Both the position numbers and the translations under genes were made by a program. This document shows, one piece after another, positions 50,801 to 54,432 of a stretch of 54,432 nucleotides of DNA. The DNA is taken from positions 1-54,432 of the forward strand of contig JAUCBJ010008101.1 in assembly GCA_032718475.1 (NCBI GenBank). The letters are read 5' to 3'. The notes below the pieces were generated by a model. It ran no database searches and was not told the origin of the DNA. It saw nothing but the letters and a program-made list of their open reading frames with translations. This stretch comes from Nemertoderma westbladi (lineage: Eukaryota > Animalia > Xenacoelomorpha). Position 1 is the first letter of the stretch; each line of letters begins with the position of its first letter.

Positions 50801-53800
50801 CCTGAGAGTTTCACAGGACACTTTATATGATCCCGAGAGTTCCACAGGACATTTTATATGACCCTGAGAGTTCCACAGGACACTTTATATGACCCTGAGA
50901 GTTTCACAGGACACTTTATATGACCCTGAGAGTTCCACAGGACACTTTATATGACCCCGAGAGTTCCACAGGACACTTTATATGATCCCGAGAGTTCCAC
51001 AGGACATTTTATATGACCCTGAGAGTTTCACAGGACACTTTATATGACCCCGAGAGTTCCACAGGACACTTTATATGACCCCGAGAGTTTCACAGGACAC
51101 TTTATATGACCCCGAGAGTTCCACAGGACACTTTATATGACCCTGAGAGTTCCACCGGACACTTTATATGACCCTGAGAGTTCCACAGGACACTTTATAT
51201 GATCCCGAGAGTTTCACAGGACACTTTATATGACCCCGAGAGTTTCACAGGACACTTTATATGACCCCGAGAGTTTCACAGGACACTTTATATGACCCCG
51301 AGAGTTCCACCGGACACTTTATATGACCCCGAGAGTTTCACAGGACACTTTATATGACCCCGAGAGTTTCACAGGACACTTTATATGACCCCGAGAGTTC
51401 CACAGGGCACTTTATATGACCCTGAGAGTTTCACAGGACACTTTATATGATCCCGAGAGTTTCACAGGACACTTCATATGACCCCGAGAGTTCCACCGGA
51501 CACTTTATATGACCCCGAGAGTTCCACAGGACACTTTATATGACCCCGAGAGTTCCACAGGACACTTTATATGACCCCGAGAGTTTCACAGGACACTTTA
51601 TATGACCCCGAGAGTTTCACAGGACACTTCATATGACCCCGAGAGTTCCACCGGACACTTTATATGACCCCGAGAGTTTCACAGGACACTTTATATGACC
51701 CCGAGAGTTTCACAGGACACTTTATATGACCCCGAGAGTTCCACAGGGCACTTTATATGACCCTGAGAGTTTCACAGGACACTTTATATGACCCCGAGAG
51801 TTCCACCGGACACTTTATATGACCCTGAGAGTTTCACAGGACACTTTATATGATCCCGAGAGTTTCACAGGACACTTCATATGACCCCGAGAGTTCCACC
51901 GGACACTTTATATGACCCTGAGAGTTTCACAGGACACTTTATATGATCCCGAGAGTTCCACAGGACATTTTATATGACCCTGAGAGTTCCACAGGACACT
52001 TTATATGACCCCGAGAGTTCCACAGGACACTTTATATGACACCGAGAGTTTCACAGGACACTTTATATGACCCTGAGAGTTCCACAGGACACTTTATATG
52101 ACCCCGAGAGTTCCACAGGACACTTTATATGATCCCGAGAGTTTCACAGGACACTTTATATGATCCCGAGAGTTCCACAGGACATTTTATATGACCCTGA
52201 GAGTTTCACAGGACACTTTATATGACCCCGAGAGTTCCACAGGACACTTTATATGACCCCGAGAGTTCCACAGGACACTTTATATGACCCCGATAGTTTC
52301 ACAGGACACTTTATATGACCCCGAGAGTTCCACCGGACACTTTATATGACCCTGAGAGTTTCACAGGACACTTTATATGATCCCGAGAGTTTCACAGGAC
52401 ACTTTATATGACCCCGAGAGTTTCACAGGACACTTTATATGACCCCGAGAGTTCCACAGGACACTTTATATGACCCTGAGAGTTTCACAGGACACTTTAT
52501 ATGATCCCGAGAGTTTCACAGGACACTTCATATGACCCCGAGAGTTCCACCGGACACTTTATATGACCCTGAGAGTTTCACAGGACACTTTATATGATCC
52601 CGAGAGTTTCACAGGACACTTTATATGATCCCGAGAGTTTCACAGGACACTTTATATGACCCTGAGAGTTTCACAGGACACTTTATATGACCCCGAGAGT
52701 TCCACAGGACACTTTATATGACGCCGAGAGTTCCACAGGACACTTTATGACCCTGAGAGTTCCACAGGACACTTTATATGACCCCGAGAGTTTCACAGGA
52801 CACTTTATATGATCCCGAGAGTTCCACAGGACACTTTATATGACACCGAGAGTTCCACAGGACACTTTATATGACCCTGAGAGTTCCACCGGACACTTTA
52901 TATGATCCCGAGAGTTTCACAGGACACTTTATATGACCCTAAGAGTTTCACAGGACACTTTATATGACCCCGAGAGTTCCACAGGACACTTTATATGACG
53001 CCGAGAGTTCCACAGGACACTTTATGACCCTGAGAGTTCCACAGGACACTTTATATGACCCCGAGAGTTTCACAGGACACTTTATATGACCCCGAGAGTT
53101 CCACAGGACACTTTATATGACCCCGAGAGTTTCACAGGACACTTTATATGACCCTGAGAGTTCCACAGGACACTTTATATGACCCCGAGAGTTCCACAGG
53201 ACACTTTATATGACGCCGAGAGTTTCACAGGACACTTTATATGATCCCGAGAGTTTCACAGGACACTTTATATGACCCCGAGAGTTTCACAGGACACTTT
53301 ATATGACCCTAAGAGTTTCACAGGACACTTTATATGACCCCGAGAGTTCCACAGGACACTTTATATGACGCCGAGAGTTCCACAGGACACTTTATGACCC
53401 TGAGAGTTCCACAGGACACTTTATATGACCCCGAGAGTTCCACAGGACACTTTATATGACGCCGAGAGTTCCACAGGACACTTTATGACCCTGAGAGTTC
53501 CACAGGACACTTTATATGACCCCGAGAGTTTCACAGGACACTTTATATGACCCTAAGAGTTTCACAGGACACTTTATATGACCCCGAGAGTTCCACAGGA
53601 CACTTTATATGACCCCGAGAGTTTCACAGGACACTTTATATGACCCTAAGAGTTTCACAGGACACTTTATATGACCCCGAGAGTTCCACAGGACACTTTA
53701 TATGACGCCGAGAGTTCCACAGGACACTTTATGACCCTGAGAGTTCCACAGGACACTTTATATGACCCCGAGAGTTTCACAGGACACTTTATATGATCCC

Positions 53801-54432
53801 GAGAGTTCCACAGGACACTTTATATGACACCGAGAGTTCCACAGGACACTTTATATGACCCTGAGAGTTCCACAGGACACTTTATATGACCCCGAGAGTT
53901 TCACAGGACACTTTATATGATCCCGAGAGTTTCACAGGACACTTTATATGACCCTGAGAGTTCCACAGGACACTTTATATGACACCGAGAGTTTCACAGG
54001 ACACTTTATATGATCCCGAGAGTTTCACAGGACACTTTATATGACCCCGAGAGTTTCACAGGACACTTTATATGACCCCGAGAGTTCCACAGGACACTTT
54101 ATATGATCCCGAGAGTTTCACATGACACTTTATATGACCCTGAGAGTTTCACAGGACACTTTATATGACCCTGAGAGTTTCACAGGACACTTTATATGAC
54201 CCTGAGAGTTCCACAGGACACTTTATATGATCCCGAGAGTTTCACAGGACACTTTATATGATCCCGAGAGTTCCACGGGACACTTTATATGACCCCGAGA
54301 GTTCCACAGGACACTTTATATGACCCCGAGAGTTTCACAGGACACTTTATATGATCCCGAGAGTTCCACAGGACACTTTATATGACCCTGAGAGTTCCAC
54401 AGGACACTTTATATGATCCCGAGAGTTCCACA
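17832..54432. repeat. 31-bp satellite array, >=36.6 kb (~1,180 copies), open at the window end
   Basis: Consensus GAGAGTT(C/T)CACAGGACACTTTATATGACCCC, head-to-tail with no interrupting sequence seen. Variation is concentrated in the 4 nt after ATATGA, the TTC/TTT site and the CAGG site. Rare 29-, 30- and 32-bp units occur, and the first few copies are the most degenerate. Confidence 0.99.

Noticed and set aside
17832-54432. CRISPR-like array (repeat length ~31 bp)
   Set aside because: Units are directly head-to-tail with no unique spacers, there are no cas genes, and the context is a spliced eukaryotic gene.

Overview
Eukaryotic, probably invertebrate animal, genomic DNA; there is no prokaryotic or CRISPR content. 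(1) 1-400 holds short retroposon-like ends, one densely structured. (2) ~1.6-7.4 kb is an apparently full-length CR1-group (L2/Crack-like) LINE on the + strand. Its ORF1 and its APE-endonuclease/RT ORF2 lie in the same reading frame, separated by a single TGA in a TGA-CTA readthrough-type context and then a 30-bp (10-aa) tandem-repeat linker. Its RT has LADD instead of Y/FADD plus a ~35-aa insertion. (3) From 7.7 kb come the first five coding exons of an RBM25 (Snu71-like splicing factor) gene, which join in frame via GT-AG introns. Three consecutive introns begin with tandem arrays of growing size: ~11 x 46 bp and ~135 x 45 bp arrays that each copy the exon end plus 5' splice site, then a 31-bp satellite of >=36.6 kb (~1,180 copies) running off the window. 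A decayed CRE-type (RLE) retrotransposon fragment lies in intron 3. Nearly all other ORFs in the track are repeat or antisense artefacts. Family assignments come from motif recognition, not database searches.
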